A stretch of DNA of 32,000 nucleotides from Ruminococcus albus 7 = DSM 20455 (GTDB lineage Bacteria; Bacillota; Clostridia; Oscillospirales; Ruminococcaceae). The position numbers were made by a program, and so were the translations under genes. This document shows, one piece after another, positions 15,805-25,067 of the stretch; the first letter of the stretch is position 1; every line of letters starts with the position of its first letter. The notes below the pieces were generated by a model. The model did no database searches and was not told the DNA's origin. It worked only from the letters and a program-made list of their open reading frames with translations. The DNA lies in contig NC_014833.1 of NCBI RefSeq assembly GCF_000179635.2, positions 3,450,001 to 3,482,000 on the forward strand, read 5' to 3'.

Positions 15805-16830
15805 ATGCATAGCAACATATCAATATTCGTCCCCCATGTGGGCTGTCCGCATAAGTGCGCATTCTGTGACCAGCGGACTATCACGGGCAAGCAGAAACTC
15901 CCCCATAAAGAGGACGTTGAACGTGCCTGTCTGCAGGCACTTGGTCAGGTAGACGATATCAGTGATACCGAGATAGCATTCTTCGGGGGAAGCTTTACCG
16001 CTATACCCAGAGAGTATATGCTGGAACTGCTGAGCGCGGCATATAAGTTCGTGGGCGAAGGAAAGTTCAAAGGCATAAGGCTTTCGACGCGCCCCGACTA
16101 TATCAACAGAGAAGTGCTGGATATCCTGAAAAAATACGGCGTTACTTCTATCGAACTGGGCGCACAGTCAATGTCCGATGAAGTGCTTGAAGCCAACGAA
16201 AGAGGTCATACCGCCGAGGACGTAAGACAGGCAAGCAGGCTTATCCGTGAGTACGGATTTGAACTTGGTCTGCAAATGATGGTGGGGCTTTACAAAAGCG
16301 GTCACCGGCAGGAGGACGAGACCTTTAACGAGATAATGGCTATCCACCCCGATACCGTCAGGATATATCCCGTGGTTATACTTAAACACACCCGCCTAGC
16401 TGAACTTCTGGCGAGCGGTGAGTATAAGCCTATGTCTTTCGATGAAGTTCTGTCACTCTCAACAAGGGCACTTGGGGCTTTCACGGAAGCAGGTATAAAA
16501 GTCATAAAGTGCGGTCTTCACGCAAGCGAGTTCGTTGAAAATGATATGGTGGGAGGTTTCTACCATCCTGCATTCAGGGAACTTTGCGAAAACAGGATAT
16601 ATCTCATGAAAATGGAGAGCGCTCTGCATGATGCAAACAGTCAAGGCACTACTCCAAATGATATGCGTGTGACTTTCGCCGTGGGCAAGGGCTGCATAAG
16701 TAAGGCGGTCGGTCAGAAAAAGGCGAATATACAGGGCTTTGAAAAGCTCGGTATAAAGGTGAAGATAACCGAGGATAAGGATATCCCGCTTTATGAAGTC
16801 AAGCTTATTGGCGGACTCGAAAATGTTTAA
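15805..16830 (+). CDS. ELP3-like radical SAM enzyme (no recognisable acetyltransferase domain)
   Basis: Start moved to the ATG at 15805 (AAAGAGG RBS). SIFVPHVGCPHKCAFCDQ is the CxxxCxxC radical SAM cluster motif in the ELP3-like context. The remainder looks like a TIM-barrel. Lies between rnc and smc. Confidence 0.8.
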   Translation: MHSNISIFVPHVGCPHKCAFCDQRTITGKQKLPHKEDVERACLQALGQVDDISDTEIAFFGGSFTAIPREYMLELLSAAYKFVGEGKFKGIRLSTRPDYINREVLDILKKYGVTSIELGAQSMSDEVLEANERGHTAEDVRQASRLIREYGFELGLQMMVGLYKSGHRQEDETFNEIMAIHPDTVRIYPVVILKHTRLAELLASGEYKPMSFDEVLSLSTRALGAFTEAGIKVIKCGLHASEFVENDMVGGFYHPAFRELCENRIYLMKMESALHDANSQGTTPNDMRVTFAVGKGCISKAVGQKKANIQGFEKLGIKVKITEDKDIPLYEVKLIGGLENV

Positions 16831-17245
16831 CGAACTTGTAAAGTCGATACTGTTTGAAACTATCCTTGTGATGTTGTTTGTGCGGAACATCGTCATGCTG
16901 AAAAAAGCGTTGGCGCTTCGGCGTGACATAAAGGCAGATAATACTGAAAAGGTCAAAGCAAGGATAACATTTACAAGACCCACAGGCAACAGAAGCTATA
17001 TGGCGCGGGCAGTGTATACCGTCGGCGGCAGTGAGGTAAAAGGAAGTTCGGTCTGCGCTGTAGGGTACAGACTCAGGCGCGGTGATGAAAATAATGTCAT
17101 CGTCGGAAAAACCGACAGCAGTGTGTTTGCACTGGATGAACAGCATACAAAAGATGCTGTGCTGACATGGACAGTTCTTGGTATCCTTAATGTGCTTGGC
17201 ATGATGTTCTTTGCTGTGGATATAGTATTTGAGATAATAAAGTAA
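16823..17245 (+). CDS. small membrane protein, DUF3592-like architecture (TM, beta-rich domain, TM)
   Basis: The ATG at 16823 overlaps the radical SAM stop; the ATG at 16793 is an alternative start. N- and C-terminal hydrophobic helices flank ARITFTRPTGNRSYMARAVYTVGGSEVKGSS...GDENNVIVGK. This pattern resembles DUF3592 from memory only. Confidence 0.55.
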   Translation: MFNELVKSILFETILVMLFVRNIVMLKKALALRRDIKADNTEKVKARITFTRPTGNRSYMARAVYTVGGSEVKGSSVCAVGYRLRRGDENNVIVGKTDSSVFALDEQHTKDAVLTWTVLGILNVLGMMFFAVDIVFEIIK

Positions 17246-17259
17246 CAGATGGTGATACC

Positions 17260-17703
17260 ATGATCATGAATGACAGAGAATATGCAGAATTCAGGAAAGC
17301 TCTGAAAAAGACAGAAGAACAGCTTTCAAAGCTCGAAGGTGTCGAGGTGCTTGGCTTTGATGAACTCAACAGATTCGATGCTCGTGTGCTGGAAACGGCA
17401 GGGTTCTATGACGAAGATAAAGAGCCCGATATGACGATAACTTACGATAGCGAAGAAACGCTGGCATCGAAGATCATTGATATCTTAAAGCTCGATGCGG
17501 GGCAGGTATGGTATCTGTGGCTTGAAAACCACATCGCAGGCATAAAGATACATGATGTAAAATATGCCGTTAGGAGTATGATGAAAACAGATATCAACCA
17601 AAGTGTGACCCTCTTGACGGAAGACAAAAAGACACTCTACGGTCTGAGTATAGATCCCTGGAATGATGATAAATATCTTGTATTTGTATACGATATAAGA
17701 TAG
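17260..17703 (+). CDS. hypothetical cytoplasmic protein, 147 aa, no family recognised
   Basis: Acidic soluble ORF 15 nt after the preceding gene. Weak GGTGA RBS. Codon usage is like that of its neighbours. Confidence 0.55.
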   Translation: MIMNDREYAEFRKALKKTEEQLSKLEGVEVLGFDELNRFDARVLETAGFYDEDKEPDMTITYDSEETLASKIIDILKLDAGQVWYLWLENHIAGIKIHDVKYAVRSMMKTDINQSVTLLTEDKKTLYGLSIDPWNDDKYLVFVYDIR

Positions 17704-17744
17704 ATCAACCAGGTAAAGAAAATTAGGAAAGGCGGTGAAAAATA

Positions 17745-20700
17745 ATGTATCTGCGTTGTCTGGAATTGCAGGGCTTCAAATCCTTCCCCGATAAGACAGT
17801 GCTGACCTTCGGCAAGGGCATAACTGCCGTGGTAGGTCCCAACGGTTCGGGAAAGAGCAATATCTCCGATGCCATGCGCTGGGTAATGGGCGAGCAGTCC
17901 TCAAAGGCGCTCCGCGGCGAGAAAATGGCAGGCGTTATTTTCCACGGCTGTGCCACAAGGAAAGAGTCGCCATTTGCACAGGTGACACTTACCATAGATA
18001 ATGAGGACGGAGCCCTCGGCGTTGACAGCGAGATGGTGTCGGTGACGAGAAAGCTCTATAAAAACGGCGACAGCGAATATCTTATAAACGGCAGTCCTGT
18101 TCGTCTTAAAGACGTAAACGAGCTGTTCATGGATACGGGTCTCGGAAAGGACGGCTATTCCATAGTCGGTCAGGGACGTATCGCGGATATCGTAAACGGC
18201 AAGGGCAGTGACAGGAGAGAGATCTTCGAGGAAGCTGCAGGCGTTGCGAAATTCCGATATAAAAAGCAGGAGGCTGAACGCAAGCTTATCGACGCGGAGG
18301 ACAATATCGCCCGTCTGAACGATATCATAGCCGAACTTGAAGCGCGTATCGGACCTCTTGAAAAGCAGTGCGAAAAGGCTAAGAAGTTCAAGGTGCTGGA
18401 CGATGAAAAGACGGCACTTGAAGTATCTGTATGGGTGACAAAGCTGGAACAGTACCGCGCAAAGCTGGCTGAGAACGAGGAGCGCATAAAACTGCTGACA
18501 GAGCAGTACGAAGCACTCAGCAGCGAGCTTTCGGAAGCTGAGGCACAGATCGAGAAAGACCTGCGCAGCAGCGCGGAATGTGCGGCAGAGGCAGATGATA
18601 TATCCGAGAAGATACACGAGGCTGAGCTTTCCGCAAGAGGCGGCGAAGCTGAGATAGCGGTCTGCGAAAACGACATAGCTCATATTGAGGAAAATATTTC
18701 AAAGCTGAAGGAGCAGATAGAGAACTCCCGGGCGGATAAATACTTTCTTGAATCGGAGCTGAAACAGCGCAGGGAAGAACTGGAAGCCCTTGGCAAAAAG
18801 CAGGCTGAGGCTGCAGAAGCAGTAGCTGAAAAGGAACAGGAATTCGACAGGCTGATAAACGAAGCCGATGAATCCGACAAGGCGGTAAGCGAGGTAAACT
18901 CAGCTATAAGCGCGGCATATCTTGAAAAATCAAGGCTGAGCTTTGCGGCGGAGAGCCTAAAAAATACCATACAGGAAACTGCTGAAAGGCTGGCAGAGCT
19001 GACAGAAGACAGCGGTGAGATAAAACGCAACAAGGAGCTGGCTGACAAGGAGCTTGACAAGCTGAAAAAACAGCACAGCGACAAGCAGGACGCAAAGTCT
19101 GAAAAGGAAAACGTTCTGGGCGGCATGGCTAAACTGCTTGAAAAGCGCCGTGAAAAACTGGAAAGCGCAGTAAGTACTTTCTCACAGGCAGACAGCAGGC
19201 TGACAGAAATAAACTCAAGACTCAATATACTCAAAGACCTGGAGCGCTCCATGGAGGGCTTCGGGTATGCGGTAAAACATATAATGAATGCCGTAAGGCA
19301 GGGGCGCATAAGCGGTGTATGCGGAACAGTGGCACAGCTTGTGGGCGTTAAGAGCGAATACTCGGTGGCAGTTGAAACTGCACTGGGTGGTGCTTTGCAG
19401 AATATCGTGGTTGAGAACGAGGATTCGGCAAAGCGCGGCATACGTCTTTTGAAAGAGAGCAAGGCGGGCAGAGCGACTTTCCTGCCTATAACCTCGGTAA
19501 AGGGTACACGCCTTGAGAATGACAGGCTGGAAAACGAGGACGGCTTTGTAGCACTGGGCTGTGATATCGTCACATACGATAAAAAGTACGAGGGCATAGT
19601 GCGCAGTCTGCTGGGCAGGATATGCATAGCAGAGGATATAGATTCGGCTTCACGTATAGCCAGAACATACGGCTACAAGTTCAGGATAGTAACGCTGGAC
19701 GGTCAGGTGGTAAACGCCGGAGGTTCGTATACGGGCGGAAGCGTATCAAAAAGTACGGGCATACTCACCCGTAAAAACGAGATAAACGATCTTGAAGCAA
19801 AGCGCGGCAGACTTGAAGATGAACGCTCGCAAGCTGCCGATGAAAAGGAAAAGCTCACAAACGAAGTGAACAAAATGGCGGCGGATATCGAGGGCGTAAA
19901 GGAAAAACTGACAGCACTGAACGGTGACTGCATACGCCTTGAAGCTGAGATCAAGCGTGTGAGCGGTCTTGCCGAGGGATATGAAAAGCAGATAGCCGAC
20001 AGCGTCGAGGAAGAAAAGAAACTCCGCGAAAAAGGCGAACAGGCTGACAGGGACCTTGACAAGACCCTGAAAGACACCGCCGAGGTGGATAGGAAGATAA
20101 TCGATAAGGAAGCTGAACTTGCAGGTTCGCAGGAGGAGCAGGAAAAGCTGAAGGCACGCAGGAACGAGATAAGCGGCGAGCTTTCCGAGCTGCGTATAAA
20201 GGGTGCGGAGCTTGCAAAGGATACAGAAGCCTGCAAGGAGTCGATATCAAACCTCGAAAAGACCATAACCGACCGCGACAGTGACGGCGGCAGGCTGACC
20301 CTTGACATAGAAAACGAAAAGGAAAAGATAAAGGGCAAAAGGAACGATATCGAGTTTATAAGGCAGAGGATAAAGGACAGCGAAGCTCTTGCAGTAAAGC
20401 TGAAGGACGATATGGAAGAAGCCCGCAAAAAACAGCGTGAGCATTCCGACAGTGCGGAAAAGCTGAGAGCATCGCAGAAAAACAAGCTTGACGAAAAGGA
20501 AACTCTTGCGGCACAGCTAAGCCGCGGCGAGGAACGGAGAAATGCCATCACGGCAGATTTCGACAAGCTGGTGAACAAGCTGTGGGATGAGTATGAGCTC
20601 ACCCGTAGCACAGCCGCAGAAAAGGCTCAGCCCGTGGAGGATATGACGGAAGCTGAGAAACATCTGACAGAGCTTAAAAACAAGATACGCGCATTGGGCA

Positions 20701-21320
20701 GCGTCAACCTCGGGGCTATCGAGGAATATGCAGAGGTAAGGGAAAGATATGATTTCCTCTCGGCACAGCTGAACGATGTGAACGTTTCAAAGGAAGAACT
20801 CTGCAAAATGATAGAAGAACTTACCGAGAAGATGAAATCGGTATTCATGCAGAGCTTTGATACCATAAACAAGAACTTCGGCAGCATATTCAAGGAACTT
20901 TTCGGCGGAGGAAACGGCGAGCTGATACTCACCGACCCCGAAAACGTACTTGAATGCGGTATAGAGATAAGCGTACAGCCTCCGGGCAAGGTAATAACCA
21001 GTCTTATGTCACTTTCGGGCGGAGAACAGTCGCTGGCGGCTGTTGCGATATACTTCGCGATACTGAAATACTCGCCCGCACCTTTCTGCCTGCTGGACGA
21101 GATAGAGGCAGCACTTGATGATGTCAACGTTACGAGGTACGCCCAGTATCTCCACAGGCTGACGGACAAGACACAGTTCATAACCATTACCCACAGACGC
21201 GGCACTATGGAAGAGGCAGATGTGCTCTACGGTGTTACCATGCAGGAAAAAGGCATATCCAAGCTGCTGAAAATGAATGCAGGACAGACGACCATGCCGG
21301 GCAGCGGAGATGTAGAGTAG
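17745..21320 (+). CDS. smc: chromosome segregation protein SMC
   Basis: Walker A GPNGSGKSNISDAM, long coiled coils, hinge (GVCGTVAQLV...ALGGALQNIVV), signature LSGGEQSL, Walker B FCLLDEIEAALD. Confidence 0.97.
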   Translation: MYLRCLELQGFKSFPDKTVLTFGKGITAVVGPNGSGKSNISDAMRWVMGEQSSKALRGEKMAGVIFHGCATRKESPFAQVTLTIDNEDGALGVDSEMVSVTRKLYKNGDSEYLINGSPVRLKDVNELFMDTGLGKDGYSIVGQGRIADIVNGKGSDRREIFEEAAGVAKFRYKKQEAERKLIDAEDNIARLNDIIAELEARIGPLEKQCEKAKKFKVLDDEKTALEVSVWVTKLEQYRAKLAENEERIKLLTEQYEALSSELSEAEAQIEKDLRSSAECAAEADDISEKIHEAELSARGGEAEIAVCENDIAHIEENISKLKEQIENSRADKYFLESELKQRREELEALGKKQAEAAEAVAEKEQEFDRLINEADESDKAVSEVNSAISAAYLEKSRLSFAAESLKNTIQETAERLAELTEDSGEIKRNKELADKELDKLKKQHSDKQDAKSEKENVLGGMAKLLEKRREKLESAVSTFSQADSRLTEINSRLNILKDLERSMEGFGYAVKHIMNAVRQGRISGVCGTVAQLVGVKSEYSVAVETALGGALQNIVVENEDSAKRGIRLLKESKAGRATFLPITSVKGTRLENDRLENEDGFVALGCDIVTYDKKYEGIVRSLLGRICIAEDIDSASRIARTYGYKFRIVTLDGQVVNAGGSYTGGSVSKSTGILTRKNEINDLEAKRGRLEDERSQAADEKEKLTNEVNKMAADIEGVKEKLTALNGDCIRLEAEIKRVSGLAEGYEKQIADSVEEEKKLREKGEQADRDLDKTLKDTAEVDRKIIDKEAELAGSQEEQEKLKARRNEISGELSELRIKGAELAKDTEACKESISNLEKTITDRDSDGGRLTLDIENEKEKIKGKRNDIEFIRQRIKDSEALAVKLKDDMEEARKKQREHSDSAEKLRASQKNKLDEKETLAAQLSRGEERRNAITADFDKLVNKLWDEYELTRSTAAEKAQPVEDMTEAEKHLTELKNKIRALGSVNLGAIEEYAEVRERYDFLSAQLNDVNVSKEELCKMIEELTEKMKSVFMQSFDTINKNFGSIFKELFGGGNGELILTDPENVLECGIEISVQPPGKVITSLMSLSGGEQSLAAVAIYFAILKYSPAPFCLLDEIEAALDDVNVTRYAQYLHRLTDKTQFITITHRRGTMEEADVLYGVTMQEKGISKLLKMNAGQTTMPGSGDVE

Positions 21321-21329
21321 GCGGTAAGT

Positions 21330-21779
21330 ATGGGAAGAACAGAGAACGCGGAGTTCACTGTGCTGTGCCTTATCGAGGACGGCAGCAGGATACTTCTGCA
21401 GGACAGAGTTAAGCCCGACTGGAAAGGCTACACCCTCCCGGGAGGACACGTTGAAAATGGCGAGTCCTTTGTGGATGCGGTTATACGCGAGATGAAAGAG
21501 GAAACAGGACTCGATATATACGAGCCGAAACTTGTGGGCGTAAAGCAGTTCCCGATAGAGGGCGGAAGATATATCGTCATGCTGTACAAGGCAACAAAGT
21601 TCTCGGGCGAGGTGGTATCCTCCGATGAGGGCAGAATGGAATGGGTCGAGTACAGCAGACTTTCCGAGATAAACACCGTCGATGATTTTGAAGAACTTCT
21701 AAAAGTGATGAATTCGGATAAGCTTTCGGAGTTCAGATATATCATTGAGGACGGCGAATGGAAGGCGCTCATAGGATAG
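21330..21779 (+). CDS. NUDIX hydrolase (MutT-like)
   Basis: Nudix box GGHVENGESFVDAVIREMKEETGL. Confidence 0.85.
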   Translation: MGRTENAEFTVLCLIEDGSRILLQDRVKPDWKGYTLPGGHVENGESFVDAVIREMKEETGLDIYEPKLVGVKQFPIEGGRYIVMLYKATKFSGEVVSSDEGRMEWVEYSRLSEINTVDDFEELLKVMNSDKLSEFRYIIEDGEWKALIG

Positions 21780-21818
21780 ATCAGGAAAGTAAACTATTAC
21801 CGAAAGGGGTTTATATTA

Positions 21819-22724
21819 ATGGGATTTTTTGAAAAACTGAAAAACGGTCTGAGAAAGACAAAGGAATCAATGATGGGCAGGATAGAAAGACTGCTCCATG
21901 CATTTACAAAGATAGACGAGGATCTGTTTGAAGAACTGGAAGAAACGCTTATCCTTTCCGATATAGGTGTAAATACCTCGGTGAAGATATGCGACAAGGT
22001 GCGTGACTACGTTAAGCAGAAGGGTATCACCGACCCCACACAGATAAAGGATATACTGAAAGACGTTATCGCAGAGATGCTGGGCGAGGAACAGCCTCTT
22101 GATATGTCAACCGTACCATCTGTTATACTTGTTATCGGCGTTAACGGCGTAGGCAAGACCACAACCATAGGCAAGCTGGCAAATCAGCTGAAAAATCAGG
22201 GTAAGCACGTTATCGTGGCGGCTGCAGATACTTTCCGTGCCGCAGCTATAGATCAGCTGGAGGTATGGACAGACCGTGCAGGTGTTGAGCTTATCAAGCA
22301 CAAGGAGGGTTCTGACCCTGCGGCAGTAGTATTCGATGCACTGACAGCTGCCAAGGCAAGAAATGCCGATGTAGTTATCTGCGATACCGCAGGAAGACTC
22401 CACAACAAGAAGAACCTTATGAAGGAGCTGGAAAAGATATCCAGAATAGTACATCAGCAGGCTGAGGGCTGTGCGCTGGAAGTTCTTCTGGCACTGGATG
22501 CTACCACAGGTCAGAACGCGGTAAATCAGGCACAGCAGTTCAATGAGGCTGCCGATATCACAGGTATAATCCTTACAAAGCTTGACGGCACTGCAAAGGG
22601 CGGTATCGTAATTACCATATGCGATGACCTGAAGATACCTGTAAAACTTGTTACCGTAGGCGAGAAGATAGACGATATCCAGCCGTTTATAGCAAAGGAT
22701 TTTGTCGATGCACTGTTTGAATAA
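21819..22724 (+). CDS. ftsY: signal recognition particle receptor FtsY
   Basis: SRP GTPase motifs GVNGVGKTTTIGKLA, DTAGRL, TKLDGTAKGG. The rnc...smc...ftsY order is as in B. subtilis. Confidence 0.95.
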   Translation: MGFFEKLKNGLRKTKESMMGRIERLLHAFTKIDEDLFEELEETLILSDIGVNTSVKICDKVRDYVKQKGITDPTQIKDILKDVIAEMLGEEQPLDMSTVPSVILVIGVNGVGKTTTIGKLANQLKNQGKHVIVAAADTFRAAAIDQLEVWTDRAGVELIKHKEGSDPAAVVFDALTAAKARNADVVICDTAGRLHNKKNLMKELEKISRIVHQQAEGCALEVLLALDATTGQNAVNQAQQFNEAADITGIILTKLDGTAKGGIVITICDDLKIPVKLVTVGEKIDDIQPFIAKDFVDALFE

Positions 22725-22734
22725 GGGTGATATT

Positions 22735-23313
22735 ATGAAACTTGTAATAGCAAGCAACAATAAGGGCAAAATAAGAGAATACAAGCAGATACTGGAAAAG
22801 CACGGCTATGAAGTCATGAGTCAGTCCGAGGCGGGACTTGACCTTGAAGTTGAGGAAACAGGCACTACTTTTGCGGAGAACTCCGCACTGAAGGCGAGAG
22901 CGGCATACAAGGCACTGGGCTGTGCTGTACTGGCTGACGACAGCGGTCTTTCCGTTGATGCCCTGAACGGCGAGCCGGGAGTATACTCGGCAAGATACGG
23001 CGGCATTGATAACGACATGAAGAGAAGCCTTTATCTTCTTAAAAAAATGGAAGATGTACCCGATGACAAGAGAGGTGCGCACTTTGTATGCACCATACAT
23101 TTTATAGATACCGACGGCAGTGAGATATGCGTCGAGGGCAGGGTATACGGCACCATAAACCGTGCGCCCGTTGGTGAGAACGGATTCGGCTATGACCCCA
23201 TATTCATGTATGAAGGCAGAAGCTTCGCACAGATACCTGCCGAGGAAAAGAACGCCGTATCTCACAGGGCAAACGCACTTAAACAGCTTGAAGAAAAGCT
23301 GGCGGCAAGATAA
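22735..23313 (+). CDS. rdgB: non-canonical purine NTP pyrophosphatase RdgB/HAM1 family
   Basis: Start moved to the ATG at 22735. MKLVIASNNKGKIREY..., ETGTTFAENSALKA, GENGFGYDPIF, SHRANAL. Confidence 0.9.
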   Translation: MKLVIASNNKGKIREYKQILEKHGYEVMSQSEAGLDLEVEETGTTFAENSALKARAAYKALGCAVLADDSGLSVDALNGEPGVYSARYGGIDNDMKRSLYLLKKMEDVPDDKRGAHFVCTIHFIDTDGSEICVEGRVYGTINRAPVGENGFGYDPIFMYEGRSFAQIPAEEKNAVSHRANALKQLEEKLAAR

Positions 23314-23349
23314 TACCGTCAGAACTTTATAAGACCGAAAGGACAGAAT

Positions 23350-23646
23350 ATGATAACAACTAAGCAGAGAGCAGAACTTAAAAGTATAGCTATGAAGATG
23401 AAGCCGTCTTTCCAGATAGGCAAGGGCGGGATGAATGATGCGCAGACCGCGCAGATAGACGATTATCTCAGGGTACACGAGATAATCAAGGTAAAGGTGC
23501 TGGATAACTCGCTGTACACCGCTAGGGAAGCAGCTGAGGAACTGGCTGAAAAGATAGGCGCTGAGGTAGTGCAGGTCATAGGTTCAAACCTGGTGCTGTA
23601 CAAGCGCAACGAGGAAGAGCCTGTTATCAAGCTCAAAAGCAAGTAA
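23350..23646 (+). CDS. yhbY: YhbY/YqeI-type CRM-domain RNA-binding protein (ribosome assembly)
   Basis: LKSIAMKMKPSFQIGKGGMND...IKVKVL...; 98 aa. The position upstream of nadD is as in the B. subtilis yqeI-nadD-yqeK-rsfS cluster. Confidence 0.85.
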   Translation: MITTKQRAELKSIAMKMKPSFQIGKGGMNDAQTAQIDDYLRVHEIIKVKVLDNSLYTAREAAEELAEKIGAEVVQVIGSNLVLYKRNEEEPVIKLKSK

Positions 23647-24254
23647 TGGATATAGGCATATACGGCGGTTCCTTTGACCCCATACACAAGGGTCACACAA
23701 GGCTGCTGCTGACTGCACAAAAGCTATGCGGACTTGACAAGGTGATAGTAATGCCAGACAGGATACCGCCCCATAAAGTCAGGGATGATATGGCTTCTCC
23801 CGATGACAGGCTGGCTATGTGCAGGCTGGCGTTCAATAAACATACAGATATCGAAGTCAGCGACTGGGAGATAAAACGCGAGGGCAAAAGCTACTCCGTA
23901 CTGACCCTGCGTCATCTGAAAAAACTGTATCCCGAGGACAGGCTGTGGTTCATAATGGGCAGTGATATGCTGACAAGCTTTACGCAGTGGTACTGCTACG
24001 AGGAGATACTCAGACTATCCGGGCTTATATGCATGACCAGATATAAAGGCGACGATGCAGAGCTTGCGGCGGCAGCGGAAGAACTCCGTGCAAAGGGCGG
24101 AGAGATAAAGATACTTCCCGCTGATGCTTTTGAGGTATCTAGTTCACAGCTGAGAAAGCTTATCGCTCAGGGCGAAGACTGCGAGGAGTATCTTGACAGC
24201 AGGGTGAGAGAGTATATAAACAGCAAAGGTCTTTATAGAAAGCATGAGGGGTAA
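23646..24254 (+). CDS. nadD: nicotinate-nucleotide adenylyltransferase
   Basis: GIYGGSFDPIHKGH (HxGH nucleotidyltransferase motif) and ...ISSSQLR-like VSSSQLRK motif. Confidence 0.92.
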   Translation: MDIGIYGGSFDPIHKGHTRLLLTAQKLCGLDKVIVMPDRIPPHKVRDDMASPDDRLAMCRLAFNKHTDIEVSDWEIKREGKSYSVLTLRHLKKLYPEDRLWFIMGSDMLTSFTQWYCYEEILRLSGLICMTRYKGDDAELAAAAEELRAKGGEIKILPADAFEVSSSQLRKLIAQGEDCEEYLDSRVREYINSKGLYRKHEG

Positions 24255-24256
24255 AA

Positions 24257-24838
24257 TTGAAAGAATCCAAACAGATAGGCATATACAAAAATTATCTTCG
24301 TGAACATCTATCGAAGAAGAGGTATACCCATTCGCTGAACGTGGCTGCGTCTGCGGTGGAGCTTGCAAAAAAGTACGGCGGAGATACCGATAAAGCGTAT
24401 ACAGCAGGACTTCTCCATGATATAGCCAAGGAACTTCCCGCTGATGAACAGCTTGAACTGGTGATGTCTTCCACACTCGATGTAAGCGAGATAGAAACGA
24501 AAGCGCCCCCGCTTTTTCACGCAATAGCAGGAGCAGAGCTGATACAGACACTTTTCGATATACACGATACGGAGATAATCACAGCGATACGCAGGCATAC
24601 CGTCGCATCGGGCGGCATGAGCAAGCTGGATGTGATAATATATCTTGCAGACCTCATCTCAGCTGACAGGGATTACAAGGATGTTAGCCGTATGCGAAAA
24701 CTGGCTGACAAGAGCCTTGAACGTGCGATGTGTGAAGCGCTGAGATTTTCCATATCGGATTCCGTCAGCAAGGGAAACACTATCCCCACAGCAACGCTGG
24801 ACGCTTACAACGAGTACATAAAGTATATGAAAAAGTAG
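24257..24838 (+). CDS. yqeK: HD-domain protein YqeK (bis(5'-nucleosyl)-tetraphosphatase, symmetrical)
   Basis: TTG start. RYTHSLNVA...GLLHDIAKE (HD motif). Follows nadD as in B. subtilis. Confidence 0.85.
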   Translation: MKESKQIGIYKNYLREHLSKKRYTHSLNVAASAVELAKKYGGDTDKAYTAGLLHDIAKELPADEQLELVMSSTLDVSEIETKAPPLFHAIAGAELIQTLFDIHDTEIITAIRRHTVASGGMSKLDVIIYLADLISADRDYKDVSRMRKLADKSLERAMCEALRFSISDSVSKGNTIPTATLDAYNEYIKYMKK

Positions 24839-24871
24839 TCTTATAAGAGTACAAAAAAATAACCGCAAATG

Positions 24872-24900
24872 TTGACAACGCCCTACATATATGTTATAAT
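24872..24900 (+). promoter_or_regulatory. sigma-A type promoter inside the yqeK-rsfS spacer
   Basis: TTGACA 24872..24877, 17 nt spacer, TGtTATAAT with hexamer 24895..24900 (extended -10). Confidence 0.7.
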
Positions 24901-24962
24901 ACCGAATGGGTATTGCACGTAAGCGGCAAAAGGCGGTATCTCCCGCAAGGGAGGTGATAGCA

Positions 24963-25058
24963 ATGGCAATAACTACATCTGAACTTTTTCAGTTTGTTAT
25001 TATGTTGACCGGAGTTGTCACTCTATGCTATCTGATCTTTCACGATAAGAAAAAGTAG
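24963..25058 (+). CDS. 31-aa hydrophobic peptide, type I toxin-like (resembles Hol-Tox small peptides)
   Basis: Below the ORF-track size cutoff. ATG at 24963, TAG at 25056..25058: MAITTSELFQFVIMLTGVVTLCYLIFHDKKK. It has one TM helix and a lysine tail. A strong SD GGGAGGTGA (24949..24957) lies 5 nt upstream. The SD is paired in the hairpin CTCCC-GCAA-GGGAG (24940..24953). Confidence 0.55.
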   Translation: MAITTSELFQFVIMLTGVVTLCYLIFHDKKK

Positions 25059-25067
25059 AGTTTCTTA

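Noticed and set aside
15359-15952. 197-aa + strand ORF that stays open across the whole rnc/radical-SAM spacer
   Set aside because: It overlaps the 3' end of rnc and 148 nt of the radical SAM gene. It has no RBS. Its translation is low-complexity R/K/N/Q-rich with no hydrophobic core. The open frame is better explained by the T-poor composition of the spacer, which yields few stop codons.
17901-21205. Series of long minus-strand ORFs inside smc (260, 168, 315, 302 and 192 aa; Ser/Phe/Leu-rich)
   Set aside because: They are antisense shadows of the GAA/AAG/GCT-rich coiled-coil coding sequence. Their composition is low-complexity S/F/L, they have no RBS, and they are fully nested in a gene with unambiguous SMC motifs.
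22107-23478. 225-aa and 263-aa minus-strand ORFs over ftsY/rdgB/yhbY
   Set aside because: They are antisense to three genes with clear signatures. They are Cys/Tyr/Leu-rich nonsense and cross gene boundaries.
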